From: the human T2T-CHM13v2.0 reference genome, Homo sapiens
Length of the DNA stretch: 64,000 nucleotides
Reading direction: 5' to 3' (one strand)
Assembly (NCBI RefSeq): GCF_009914755.1
Contig: NC_060947.1
This document shows, piece by piece, positions 1-16,400 of this stretch. A model generated the notes under the pieces. It did not search any database, was not told the DNA's origin, and saw nothing but the letters and a program-made list of their open reading frames with translations. Positions within the stretch are counted from its first letter, which is position 1. Every line of letters begins with the position of its first letter. A program made the translations under genes and the position numbers.

Positions 1-396
1 ACACTTCTCTGGGGCTCCAGCCTGCCAGCCTACCGTTCAGACTTTGGGCTGGCCAGCCTCCTAAATCACATGAGAAAATTTCATAAAAGAAATTTCTTTC
101 TTTTCTTTCTTTCTTTTAATCTTTCTTCTTCCTTCTTTTAATCTTTCTTCTTCTTTTTTCTCTTTCTTTCTTTCTCTCTTTTTCTTTCTGCTTATTTCTT
201 TATTTCTTCCTGTCTCTTCCTTCTTTACTTCCATCCTCCCTTCCTCTACTATTCTTTTTCTTTCTTTTCTTTTCTTCTTTCTCTCTTTCCTTTCTATTTC
301 CTCTCTCTTTCCTTCGTCTTTTCTCTTTTCTTTCTTTCTTTCTTTGTTTCTTTCTTTCTCTCATTCTCTCTCTCTCTCAAACCCTGACTAATATAG
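1..396 (+). mobile_element. MLT2-type (ERVL) LTR, 3' portion, interrupted by a CT-rich expansion
   Basis: Starts 'ctccagcctgccagcctacc..cagactttgggct..gccagcctc' and ends 'aaccctgactaata', typical of MLT2 LTR 3' ends. Confidence 0.7.
93..378. repeat. Pyrimidine-rich (TTTC/CT)n low-complexity tract
   Basis: About 285 bp almost entirely of C and T. Confidence 0.95.
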
Positions 397-951
397 ATTT
401 GAATTTAAAAAAAATGAAACATCTTAACCAAGATCTGCCAAATAAGGTCAGGCCTAATATGATACTGTTTCATCCAATATTACTGTTCTGAGAAGTGTAT
501 TATTTCAGTATGTAGATGGTTTAGCTAGAATTCTATTTGTCTCCAGTTTAATTAGTGGTTAATTTCTTAGGCTCTTCCATCATACTAATCTACACTCAAT
601 TCTCAGTTACTCCACTTGAAAGCTGTGTTACCACGGTGCAATATTTACCCTTTGATCTTTTTTCTCGTTTATAAAATAAGGCTAGTGTTTGGTATACTGT
701 GAAGAATAGTGGAAATACGTGATCTATGAACATTGGAGAGGGGAGGAACTATATGGTGAAGAAGAAAGTGAGAAAATCTTTCCTGTGGAGAGAAGCCTAT
801 ACATAATTCACCTCACTAGACTACTGCCTTTTCCCATTAAACTAGAGTGTGAAATGAAGAAAATGAACTAGTCAATCCTACTTGGAGAGATTGCTTCGGA
901 CCTGAGACATCTGAAATCTAACCACCTGACAAGCTGTGGGTGCTGGTCACC

Positions 952-3352
952 TATTTTAGTCCATTTAGGATGCTGTAATAAAATAACTTAGACTGGGTAA
1001 TTTGTAAATAGCAGAAACTTACTGCTAGCAGTTCCGGAGACTGGGAATTCTAAGAGCAAGGCACCAGCAGATTCTGTGTCTGATAAGAGCCCTTTCCTCT
1101 TGGATGATATCTTCTATGTCTCCTCACACAGCAGAAGTGTCAAAAAGGCTCCTCAAAGCGTCCTTTATGAGAGCACTAATTCTATTTATGGGGTAAAACC
1201 CTCAAAACTTAATCACCTTCTAAAGACCTCAACTCTTAATACCATCATCTCGGTGGTTAGGTTTCAATATATGAATTTTGGGGGGAAACAAATATTCTAA
1301 GTCACAGCAGTCTGCTCCTGAACCCACAACTTCATTTCCTTCTCATAAGCAAAATACATACATTTCATTCTAATAGCCCCCAAGGTCTTATCTCATTCGA
1401 GCATCAACTCAGAAGTTTAATATCTCATCCAAAGTCTCATCTAAGTATCACTTAAATCAGATATAAGTGAGACTCAAGGTAAGATTTATTCTGAAGTAAA
1501 TTTCTCTCCAGCTGTGAATTTATGAAATTACACAAGTTATGTGCTCCCAAACTATAATGGTGGAACTCACACTGGATAGATAGTTCTTACACCAAAGAGA
1601 GAAAGAAGAAAAAAGAAAGCATAACTAGTCCCAAATAATTTCAAAACCCAATAGTGTAAACATTAAATCTTAAGTCTTGAAAATAAACTTATGTGATTCC
1701 ATGTGCAGCCTTTTGTACACATTGAGGTGGGGGTTGGGTTCTCCACACTCTGAGCAGCCCTGCTTCTATGGCTTTGCTAGGTAAGACCCACAATGTAGCT
1801 CTCATGGGTTGAAGGTTGGTGCCTGCAGCTCTTTCAGGCTGCAATCGCATGGCCGTGGCTGTACTAATCTGAGGTTGTGAAGGTAGTCTTGTAACCATCT
1901 TTTCACTGGGTATTTCCCTAGTAGGGGCTCTTTTTGGTGGCCCTCATAGTTTCACCGGTCATTGCCCTAATGGGGGATTTCTACAGTGGCTCTACCACTT
2001 TAGCAGTTATTTGCCTGGGCCCTGAGGCTCTCCAGGGCAACCTTTGAAATCCAGGTGAAGGTAGGCGTGCTTCCAAAGCTTGTGCAAGTTGCACCTTCCT
2101 GGAGATGACACTGTGTGGATGCTACCATGGTTTAACACCTGTGCCTTCCAGTGGGGCAACCAGAGCTGCACCTGGGCCTGCTTGAGCCACAGATGGGGTG
2201 GCCAAAGAGTGCTTTGCTGGAATGTGGAGAGTAGAACTTTGTCATCATTGTGCCCCAAAAGCCCTGGCATTTTGGGCCTGTAATGGGTGGTGCAATCCCG
2301 AAGATCTCTGAAATGCTTTTAGGATCATTCTTCCATTGTCTTGATACAAAGCATCTGGCTTCCTTCTATTCATACTAATCTCCTTATCAAACACTCACTT
2401 GGCCACATCCTTGATGTTCTTTCCTGAACATTTTCCCACTCTTTAAAACATGGCCAGGCTGAGAATTTTCCAAACCTTTAAGCCCCCCCTTTCCTTTTGA
2501 TTAAGAATTCCAACTTTGTTTCTTTTTTCTCACATTTTACTATAAGCAGTCTAGTAAAGTCATGCCATACCCTCAACCATTTGCTTAAGGATTTCTTCTA
2601 CCAAATGTTCTATTTCATAACTCCTTCCCTGGGACACTATGATATGAACATAATTCAGCCAAGTTGTTTGCTGGTTTATATCAAGAATCACCTTTCATCT
2701 AGCTTTTAACAATCTTTCCTCATTTCAGTCTGATATTTCATGAGAATGGCCTTCACTGTCACAAACATTCTGGTGGTGATCACTTAGGTAATTTCTAAGA
2801 AGACTGAGGTTTTCTCTACAGCTCTCTTCTTATTTGAAGACTTCACCAGAATTTCCCTTTTTAGTCAGTTCACAGCAGTACAGGCTGCTTCTACCTTGCA
2901 CTTCAAAATTCCTCCAGGCTTTACCCATTACCGAGTTCCAAGGTGCTTTCATATTTTTATGTATTTGTTACAGCAGCACCCCACTTCTTATAACCAATAT
3001 CTCTCTGTGTCTATTTGGGCTACTATAACAAAATATCTTAAACTGAGTAATTTATAAGAAACAAATTTATTGACCATAGTTCTGGAGGCTGGGGAATCCA
3101 AGAACAAGGCACCAGCAGATTCTGTGTCTGATGAGAGCCTGTTCCTCTTGAATGGCACCTTCTTTGTGTCCTAACATGACAAAAGGGGTTAAAGTCTTCC
3201 TCAGGCCTCTTTTATAAGGGCACTAATTCCATTCATGAGTCAAAGCTTTAATGACCTAATTACCTCCTAAAGACCTCAGCCATGAATACTATCAGTGTGG
3301 TGGTTAGGTTTCAACATACAAATTTTGGGGAAGATACAGTCAGACCACAGCA
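952..3352 (-). mobile_element. MaLR provirus, MLT1A-like: LTR (~952-1310), internal region, LTR (~3002-3352)
   Basis: Two similar ~355-bp LTRs share 'caaggcaccagcagattctgtgtctgat..gagcc' and flank a MaLR internal region. Imperfect flanking duplication gtcacc (946-951) / ctcacc (3353-3358). Confidence 0.8.
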
Positions 3353-3589
3353 CTCACCTAAAGAACCAAAGAGTTTGTCATTCTTTATTGCTTTGAGGCA
3401 CCATGTTTATAGGCATTTTCAAATACCTTACCTGACCATGACCATCACATTATGGCTAAAAATTTATAATTGCAACACTGTTAGTAAGGAAGGAAGTAGC
3501 CAAGGAAAGAATCAAGGGAAACAAATATTTCCGGAGTGAGCTAGTGAGACAAGAAAGGAAATAAGTGAGGCCTGAAAGAGAATGTTCAT

Positions 3590-3825
3590 GCATCTGATGA
3601 GTATTTAGTGAGTGACTATAATGTAGCAAGCATTGTTATAGGTGATGAAAATACAATGTCGACAAGAAAAGCAGTGTCTCTGTTATGGAGCTTACCATCT
3701 AATGATATACTGGGGACAAAACACAACAAACGAGAACACACAGACACCTATAACAGAATGTCTGATGGTGATAAATGAATAAGGAAAATCAAACAAGGTA
3801 ATATGATACAGGCTATTTTATCTAA
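3590..3825 (-). mobile_element. L2 LINE 3'-end fragment
   Basis: 'gtatttagtgagtgactatatgtagcaagcattg...atggagcttaccatcta' resembles the antisense L2 tail. Confidence 0.6.
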
Positions 3826-3829
3826 GATG

Positions 3830-4215
3830 TGTATCAGTTAAGATGAGTTTAGCTCCACATAACAGAAAAACCCTAATGCACATGGCTTCAAAATGAGAAG
3901 CCATTATTTTACTTTACATGATATCCTGAGGTAAGAAAGTTTCTAATATGGTACATCCCAGCTCTGAATTTGTTTCTCTGTATTTCCATTGCTTTCTCCT
4001 ATTGTTGTTTTTTGTCTTTATCTTCAGGATGATAGTAAAATTATTGCTGCAGTTTCATCGTTGCATCTGGACACAGCAACATTCTTAGAAAGAGGAGGAC
4101 ATATCCCTCTTTAAGAATGAGAAAAATCTATCTCAGGAGCCTTCCAGCTGACTATTTTATTGGCCAAAATGAAGTTGTATGCCCTAATTAAAACCAATCA
4201 CTGCTAAACTGAGTG
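3830..4215 (-). mobile_element. Ancient ERVL/MaLR-type LTR remnant (subfamily uncertain)
   Basis: Start 'tgtatcagttaagatg...ataacagaaaaaccctaat...tggcttca' and end 'ttattggccaaaatgaag...aaaccaatcactg'. Confidence 0.45.
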
Positions 4216-4469
4216 GAAGGCCATGAATAAATTAGACTATATGGAACAGATTTAGTGTAAGTACCATAACCACTTTTGAAGGTATTTGTGAGAAGACATT
4301 TGAGAAGACATGAGATATGAATCATAAAAAGAGGCAAATATGTGATGACTTGAGAGTGAGAAGATGTTATAGGTAAAGGAAACACCAAGAGTAATTTTTT
4401 GGAAGCCGAAGAGGAAAATAATATCAATGAAATGTGAGTATTTGGTTATATTAAATGCCAAAAATTTAA

Positions 4470-5280
4470 GTTAATGGTCTCTCACCACAAATGGACCTTA
4501 CTGCTGGCCTACAACCCTATTGTATTAATTTGTTTTCTCTCCTACTTTTGTAGATTATTAGTCCACTCTCTCACAGCTGATGATCTTGTTTCCTATTTCA
4601 GTGAGAATATTAGAGCAACACAAATAGAATCTCCACAGCTCTCACCATCAATCCTTACTTTCAACTACTTGCATCTCTGACTATGTAGTCTTCTTTCTCT
4701 CCTGTTTTTATCAATGACCTGTTGAAACTCTAATTTAAGGTCAGTCACCGTAGATGTGCATTGGATCAAATCCTCTGTTGCCTACTTAAACAAATTGCTT
4801 CAACAGTCTTCCCCTATCTTCTATCATTAGCTTTTGTATCTTTACTGTACATTCTTATCACCATTAAAATGTGTAATTGTTACTGCTACTTAAAAAGTTA
4901 TTTCCTGACCTTATTTCAGCCTCCAGTTCCTATTCCTTTTTTATCTTTCCCCTTCCAAAAAACTCTTTAGGGGAGCTGTTTTTAATCAATGTCTCTAATT
5001 AAGCCATTGATTGATCTCTAATCAGCTATTTGTCCCACAACTGTACCAAATTTCCCTTACCAAGGTAACCCATCACTCCATGCTGCTAAATGCAATGGCA
5101 AGTTTCTCAATTCTTACTGAAGTATTCAGAAACATTTGACATAGTTTAAGCATCCACATCATGCAAATTTTTCTTCACTTGACTTGTATGACACCAAATG
5201 TGTCTGGTTTTTCTTCTACAGCTCTAGCTGTTGCTTCTATTTTCAATTATGCTGGGTTCTCATCATATCCCCAAGGTCTT
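4470..5280 (+). mobile_element. L2 LINE ORF2-derived fragment
   Basis: 'ctccatgctgctaaatgcaatggcaagtttctca...catttgacatag' resembles L2 RT-region sequence. Confidence 0.65.
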
Positions 5281-5638
5281 TTTCTGTTTCACGCAATCTG
5301 TTTTTCCCTGAGATGTAATTCATGTATCACAAAATGCATCTGCTTAAGGTGAACAATGAAGTGGTTTCAGTATATTCAAAAAGTTGAGCAACCATCAGTA
5401 CTATATAACTCCAGAACACATTTCTTCATCCCTAAAAGAAATCTTTTGCCAACAAAAAGTCACTACTCTACATCCCCCGGTCCAAACCCTATGCAACCAA
5501 TAATCTTCTTTCTGTTACAGATTTACAAATTGTGGATGTTTTATATAATTGGAATCACACAATATGTGGTCTTTTGTGATTGGCTTCTTTCATTTATCAT
5601 AACGTTTACAAGGTTAATTCATGTTGTAGCATGTATGA

Positions 5639-6904
5639 TTAGGTTGGTGCAAAAGTAATTGTGGATTTGGACCATGAATTTTAAATCATTATAACTAGGC
5701 TTAAGCACACTTTTATTAATCAAAATAGAAACCATTACAATCAGCTCATTTTTGCCAACAAGAAATAAGTATGTTTATTCCTGTAACATAAAAATCTGTG
5801 CTTTGGGATTCAATGAACTCTTGGAAGGCATTTTCTGCATCTTGCTGGTAGTGGAAGCATTTTCCATGCAAAAAGTTGTCGAGATGCTTGAAGAAGTGGT
5901 AGTCAGTTGGGGAGAGGCCAGCTGAATATGACGGATGAGGCAAAACTTTGTAGCCCAATTCGTTAAATTTTTGAAGCTTGGTTGCGCAAGCTGCAGTTGA
6001 GTGTTGTCATGGAGAAGAATTTGGCCTTTTCTGTTAACCAATGCCTGTTGCAGGCATTGTAGTTTTCGGTGCATCTCATCAATTTGCTGAGCATACTTCT
6101 CAGATGTAATGGTTTCGCTGGGATTCAAAAAGCTGCAGCAGATGAGACAGGCAGCAGACCAACAAACTGACCATGACCTTTTTTTGGTGCAAGTTTGGCT
6201 TTGGGAAGTACTGTGGAGTTTCTTCTCAGTCCAACCACTGAGCTGGTGGTCACCGGTTGTCATATAAAATTCACTTTTCATTGCACATCACAATCCAATA
6301 GAGAAATGGTTTGTTGTTGCGTAGAATAAAAGAAGATGACACTTCAAAACAATTCTTTTTTATTTTTGCTCAGCTCATGAGGCACACACTTGTCGAGCCT
6401 TTTCACCTTTCCAATTTGCTTCAAGTGCCGAATGACAGTAGGATGGTCGACGCTGAGTCCTTCAGCAACTTTTCATGTAGTTGTAAGAGGATCAGCTTCG
6501 ATGATTGCTCTCATTTGGTCATTGTCAACTTCTGATGGCTGACCACTGTGCTCCTAATCGCCAAGGCTCTCATCTTCTTTGCAAAACTTCTTGAACCACC
6601 ACTGTATGTTCATTACCAGTTCCTGGGCCAAATGCGTTGTTGATGTTGCGATTTGTCTCCACTGCCTTATGACCTATTTTGAACTTGAATAAAAAATCAC
6701 TCAAATTTGCTTTTTGTCTAACATTATTTCAATAGTTTAAAATAAATATAAACTGCAAGTAATAAGTCATTAGCAAAAAAACAAAGCGAGAAATGTGCAT
6801 TAAAATGATGTATAACATAACCACACTTATTTAAAAATGTATTCCAATATCAAATCACAAATTTCAACAATGCAAAAATCACAATTACATTTGCACCAAC
6901 CTAA
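5639..6904 (-). mobile_element. HSMAR1 mariner DNA transposon, near full length (1266 bp)
   Basis: TIRs ttaggttggtgcaaaagtaattgtgg... and ...caattacatttgcaccaacctaa. TA target intact on the right (6905-6906) and read as GA on the left. Internal sequence is homologous to the transposase. Confidence 0.97.
5716..6733 (-). pseudogene. Hsmar1 transposase pseudogene (homologous to the SETMAR transposase domain)
   Basis: ORF-track peptides 'SFLNPSETITSEKYAQQIDEMHRKLQ..LLHDN' and 'LPHPSYSAGLSPTDYHFFKHLDNFL..QQDAENAFQEF'. Start ATG reads ATT, WVPHEL reads CVPHEL, YSPDL reads YSAGL, with several stops and frameshifts. Confidence 0.95.
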
Positions 6905-7063
6905 TAGTAGTTTATCACTATTAAGGCTGAATAGTATTCCATTGTATGGAAAAACAACATTATGTTTACCCATTCCTCTGTTGATAGAAATTTGTGTTAT
7001 TCCCACTTTTTAAATTATGAGTAATAATGCTGCTGTGAATATCCACGTGCAAATTTTTGTGAG

Positions 7064-7448
<385 letters not shown>

Positions 7449-8402
7449 TCAAATAGTAACTTCCTATCTAATCTCTGAAGAACTGCCAAACACTAATTTC
7501 CAAAGTGGCTGTACCATTATATATCCCCACCAGCAATGCATAAGGTTCACATTTCTCTACATTTTCACTAACATGTGATATTGTCAGTCTTCTTGATGAT
7601 AGCCACCCTAATGAGTTTTATGTGGTCTCTCATTGTTTTTGACTTTCATTTCCCTACTGATTAAGAGTGGTCAGCATTCTTTTATGTGCTTATTGGCTAT
7701 TTGTACATCTCCTTTGGATAAATTTATGTTCAAATTCTTTGTTCATTCTTAATTGGATTATTTGGATGTTTATTGCTGAGTTGTAAGAGCTATTTATATA
7801 CTCTAGACACAAAATCATTACAAGATATATGACATGCATTTTTTTTTATTCTCTGGTTACATTTCGTGTTCTTAAAAGTGTCCTTTGAAACAGAACATTT
7901 GCTTTAGTTTATGTGCAGTGGAAATATCAATATTTTCTCTGGCTGCTTGATCTTTGATCTTTTTGAAAATTGTTTTCTACAAACAATCTTTTTAAAAAAA
8001 TTCATAAGAACTTTAAAATAAGCTTTTAATTTTTTTGCCAAAAATAATGCCAGCTTAAATTTTGTTAGAGACTTTGTTCTAGCTATTGATCACTTTGGGG
8101 AATATTGACCATTTTAACATGTCTTATGATCAATTAAGCCTTCTGATCAATAAACACGGGATGTATTTCTTTTTAGATATTTTACAAAATTTTTCTTTCA
8201 ATGATGTTTTGTAGTTTTCATAGTGCCAATTTTGTACACCTTTTGTTAAACTTATTCCTAGATATTTTATTGTTTTTGATGCCACTACAAATGAAATTAT
8301 TTTCTTAATTTTATTTTTGAGTTTTTAATAGCCAGTGCATAGATATACCATTAACTTCTATGTATTGGTCATGTATCCTGCAATCTTGCTAAACTTCTTT
8401 AT

Positions 8403-8405
<3 letters not shown>

Positions 8406-8438
<33 letters not shown>
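8406..8438. repeat. (TG)n microsatellite
   Basis: Uninterrupted TG run. Confidence 0.95.
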
Positions 8439-8441
<3 letters not shown>

Positions 8442-8536
8442 ATTTTTTTATATATATGCAAGGTTATATCATCTGCATATACAGATGTTTACTTCTTCCT
8501 TTCCAATATGAATGCCTTTTTAAAATTTTTCTAGCC

Positions 8537-8942
8537 TGTTTTAGTTTGCTGATGCTGCCATCACAAAACACCACAGACTAGGTGGCTCAAACAACAGAAA
8601 TTTATTTCCTCACAGTTCTGAAGTCCTGAAGTCCACAATCAAGGTGTTGGTAAGGTTTGGATGTATTTGGGGCCTCTTTCCTTGGCTCACAGATGATGGT
8701 CTTCTCACTATGTTCTTAACATTTTTTTCCTCAGTGCACAGACATCCCTGGTGTCTCTTTTGTGTTTCCAAACCCCTGCTTATAAGACAAGTCAGATTGG
8801 AATTGGACCCACCATAATGGCCTAATTTTTAACTTAATTACGTTTTTAAAGGTCCTTAGTCCAAACACAGTCACATTCTGAGGTACTCAAAGTTAGGACT
8901 TCAACATATGAACTTGAAGGGTATGCAATTCAGCTGATAATA
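8537..8942 (-). mobile_element. MLT1B/C-type solo LTR
   Basis: 'gctgccatcacaaaacaccacagactaggtggctcaaacaacagaaatttatt...gtcacattctgaggtact...ggacttcaacatatgaa'. Confidence 0.85.
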
Positions 8943-10540
8943 GTACCTTGCAACCTCTAATACTGAATTCATTTATCAGATTTAGGAATCTTCTGGCAGA
9001 GTCTTTAGAGATTTCTAGGCATAAAGTCATATTATCAGCCAACAGAAGTAGGTTGACTTCCTGTTTTTTTTTTTTTTTTTTTTTTTGTCAGTTTGGATGT
9101 TCTTTATTTCTTTGTCTTGCCTGATTGCTCTGGGTAGGACTTTCAGTACTATGTTGAATAGAAGTGCTGAAAGTGGGCATCTTTGTCTTGTTCCAGTTCT
9201 GAAGGTAAATGCTTTCACTTTTTCCACGTCAAGTATGATGATGGCTGTGTGTTTGTCATATATGGACTTTATCATTTTATTGTATTATTTTACTTAATTA
9301 TTTTAATATTTTGAGGTATGTTATTTCTATGTCTAGTTTGTTGAGGGATAAAGAGATGCTGGATTTTATCAAATGCTTTTTCTGGAACTATTGAGATGAT
9401 CATATGATTTTTGTTTTTAATTCTGTTTATGTGATGAATCATATTTATTGACGTGCATATGTTAAAACATCCCTTCGTCCCTGAAAGGAAATCCAATTGT
9501 TCCTGGCAAATTATTTTTTGACATGCTGTTGAATTTCATTTGATAGCATTTTCTTGAGGATTTTTGCATCTATATTAACCAGGAATGTTTTCTGTAGCTT
9601 TGTTTTCCTTCCTTTGTTGTCATTTTCTGATTTTAAGATTAGGGTAATACTGGTTCCTAAAAAGCAGTTAAGGAGGAGTTCCTCCATCTCAATATTTTGA
9701 AATAATATCAGTAGCATTGGTAATAATTCTTCTTTAAGTGTCTAGTAAAATTTAGTTCTGAATGCATTTAGCCCTGGGCTTCTTTTGTTGTTGGCAGTTT
9801 CTGTTTGTTTGTTTTTTTGTTTGTTTGTTTGTTTTATTACTGTTTCAATCTCAATGCTTGTTACTGGCTTCTTCAGAATTTCTGTTTCTTCCTAAGTTAA
9901 GCTAGGGTGAATTATGTGTTTTCAGAAATCTAACGATTAGCTCTGGATTTTCTAGTTTGTTTGCATAGAGGTGCTCATAGTAGTTCGAATGATCTTTTGT
10001 ATTTATGTAGTGACATTGTAATGTCTTTATTTTCATTTCTAATTCAGCTTATTTGAATATTCTCTTTTTTTCTTGGTTAATATACCTAGTAATTTGTCAA
10101 TTTTGTTCATCTTTTCCAAGAACCAGCTTTTGTTCTATTGATCTTTTGCATATTTTGCTTCAATTTTATTTAGTTGTGCTCTGATCTGTGTTTTTTCTTT
10201 TCTTCTACAAGTTTTGAGTTCGATTTGTTTTTGTTTCTCTAGTTCCTTGAGATATGAGGTTAGATTGTCAAATTGTGATCTTTCAGACTTTCTGATGTAG
10301 GCATTTAGCAATATAAACATTCCTCTTAGCACTGCTTTTGCTATATCTCAGAGGTTTTGATAACTGTGTCAGTTATATAACTCATTTTGAATAGTTTTAA
10401 AAATTTGTATCTTAATTTCATTTTTAATTCAATAATCATTTAGGAGCAGATTGTTTAATTTTTATGTATTTGTATAGTTTTGAGTGTTTCTTTTGCAATT
10501 GATTTCTAGTTTTATTTTGCTGTGATTTAAGATACTTATC

Positions 10541-13480
<2,940 letters not shown>

Positions 13481-16400
13481 AAAAGTAAATCTTTAAAACA
13501 ATATTATTTTCCCTTATAATTTTGAAATAAAAATAGAATATTTCTATAAAAAATTTTGATTTTGAAGAATTTATTGAGGCTTGTTGTGTGTCCTTTAATA
13601 TGGTTTGTCTTGGAGAATGTTCTGTGTGCTGATGAGAAAAATGTATATTCTACAGTACTTGAATATAATGATCTGTAAATGTTTGTTATAGCCAGTTGTT
13701 CTAGAGTACAGATTAAGTCCAATGTTTCTTTGTTGACTTTCTGCCTTAATTATCAGCCTCATGCAGTCAATGGAGTGTTGAAGTCCCCCACTGTGATTGT
13801 GTTGTGGTCTCTTTACTCAGGTCTAGTAGTAATTGTTTTATGAATCTGATAGCTCAGAGATTAAGTGTATATATATTTATAATTGTGATATCTACTTATC
13901 AAGTTGATCCTTTCTTCATTATATAATGATCATCTTTGTCTTTTTTTTTTAACTGTTGTTGCTTTGAAGTTTGTTTTATCTTACAAAAGAACAGCTATTC
14001 CTGCTTATTTTTGGTTTCAATTTGTGTGAAATATCTTTCTCCACCCCTTTGCCTTGAGTATATAAAAATCCTTATGTCTTAGGTACATTTCCTGAAGAAA
14101 GCAGATATTTGGTTTACGTATTTTCAGCTAGTCTGCCTATCTGTATTTTTTTAATGAAATATTTAGACCATTTAAATTCTACATAAATACTGAGCTCAGA
14201 GGTTCCATGCCAGTCATCATGTTGATTTTTACCTAGTAACTTCGTTTTCTTCATTGTGGTATTGTTTTAAAAGACTGGTAGTTTTTATGCTTTCAGGAGT
14301 TTTTATTCTGGTGTGTATTGACCTTTTATTTCAAGATGTAGAACTCCTTTTAGAATTTATTGTAAAACTGATATAACATTGACAAATTTCCTCAGTATTT
14401 GCTTGTCTGAGAAACACTTTATTTCATCTTCATTTATAAAATAGTTTTGCTGGATACAAAATTCTTGGCTTACAGTTATTCAGTTTAAGGAGATTAAAGA
14501 TAGGACTACAATCACTTCTGGCTTGTAAGGTTTCTGCTGAGAAGTCTGCAGTTAGTCTGATAGTTTTCCTTTTAGGTTACCTGGCGTTTTTGTCTCATTG
14601 CTCTTAGAATTCTTTCTTTCACATGGATTTTAGATAGCCTGATAACTGATAAGATAGCTTGTGATGCCCTTTTCTCAATAAGTCTCACAGGAGTTTAAGC
14701 TTCTTATATTTGTGTGTCTAAAAACTCTAGGGAGATGAGGAAAGTTTGTCTTAATTATTTCCTCAAATAGGTTTGTCAAACATTTTGCTTTTTCTTTTCC
14801 CTAAGAACACCTATAATTCTTAGATTTGGGCATTTTACATAATCCCATTTTTCTTGCAGATGTTGTTAATTTCTTTTAATTCTTTTTAAAAATTTTTTTG
14901 TCTGTTTGCATTAATTTGAATGCCTTGTCTTTGATCTCTGAAATTTCTTCTTCTACTTGTTCTAGTTGAATGTTAAAACTTTCCATTGCAGTTTGTATTT
15001 TCCTAATTGTTTCTTCTATTTCCAGAAGGTCTGATTGGTTTTTCTTCAAAGTAGCTATCTCTTTAGAAAATTTTTTATTTGGATCCTGAATTTAAAAAAA
15101 AAAATTCTTTATGTTGGTTTTAACCTTTCTCTTTTGTCCTCAAGTAAGTTAGTAACCAAACTTTTGAATTTTTATCTGGTATTCCAAAGATTTTATTTTG
15201 ATTTGGATCTACTGCTGGAGAGTTATTTGGGGAGAAGGAATTATATAGGATCTTGTTTTTTCATATTGCTAGAAATACTTATTTGGTTCCTTCTCATTTG
15301 GGTAAACCTTTTCTTTTCATTATTTTGAATTTATTTTTTATTCAACTAGGTTTTCTATTTTTTTCCCCTTGAGGATGTGACATTAATGTTTATAGTTTAT
15401 TGTCACCTAGTTTTGACTCTGGGTGATTTCATTGGAGAAGTCTCAATTTGAGTTCCTTAGTTATAGACAAATTTTGTGTCATGTCTTCTCTGACGCTGGT
15501 TGTGTTAGTGTTATGCTGGGTGTACGAGAAGGTTCACTGTCTCCTGTTTGGCTGAAGTGGCAGAGGCCTCATGAAGCTTATCTTGTTTCCCAGTGGTGTG
15601 CATTTTTAACCTTTTTCCCCAATATTTTTTTCACTGGGTTGGACAGTTCAGAACTCAGGCCAGTAGGAGTTGCCCAAGGATAAAACTCAGCAGTGGCTAA
15701 AGCAGGTGAGTAAATGCAAATACCCCAATGGTGGGAAGAGGTCCCAGCTTTTAGAGATGTTGCTATGAAAATTCTCAGTAAAATGCAATGTGGTATTTTA
15801 AGGGGGAAGAGAGGAAGCTACCGCAGCTCTTCTTCCAGGCCTCAGAAAAACAATTTGCCTCTCAATTACATTCCTGATCAGTGTTCTGGCTATTCAGATA
15901 AGGCAGGCACCTCTATTCATCTATAGGAAGGCTGCTGTTCCATGAAGAGAGAGATTTTGCCTTTACCTATAGTGCAAGCTGAACCTGTAAGGCACTTTTC
16001 CTTTGGGGATGCAGTCACCCTGAAGTGATCCAGAAAGGCTGCCTGCAGATGGGCCCATGCCAATTTCCCATGGTAGACACCTGAGTTGTAACTGCAGTGG
16101 TGGGCAAGGGGGAGAATAAGTCTTCTCCTCCCAGATCCTACACAAGAATGATGGGTGCTTAACTGTTGGAACCAAACCACAGTCTTTTCCCACTGAGCCC
16201 AGCATTGCACTTGTGCCTCCACTGAAGAAAACTTCCCACACATGGAAAATTCAGAGATGCAAAGCCTTTGGTCTGGTTTCTTTTATCCAATTGGGTGCTA
16301 CCTTAATGTGGTATTCTCCCCATTCCCTAGGATTAGCAGTCCCTGAGGGCAAGACTACTGTGAATCCTGTTGCTTCTCTGGGCCTAGCTACCCAGTTGGG

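Noticed and set aside
5775-6281. 168-aa ORF as an active transposase
   Set aside because: Frameshift-mosaic fragment of a dead Hsmar1. The start codon, first catalytic Asp and key motifs are mutated and stops are present.
9064-9086. T23 run inside L1 ORF2 as a poly(A)-only insertion
   Set aside because: No TSD is visible; a mononucleotide expansion explains it.
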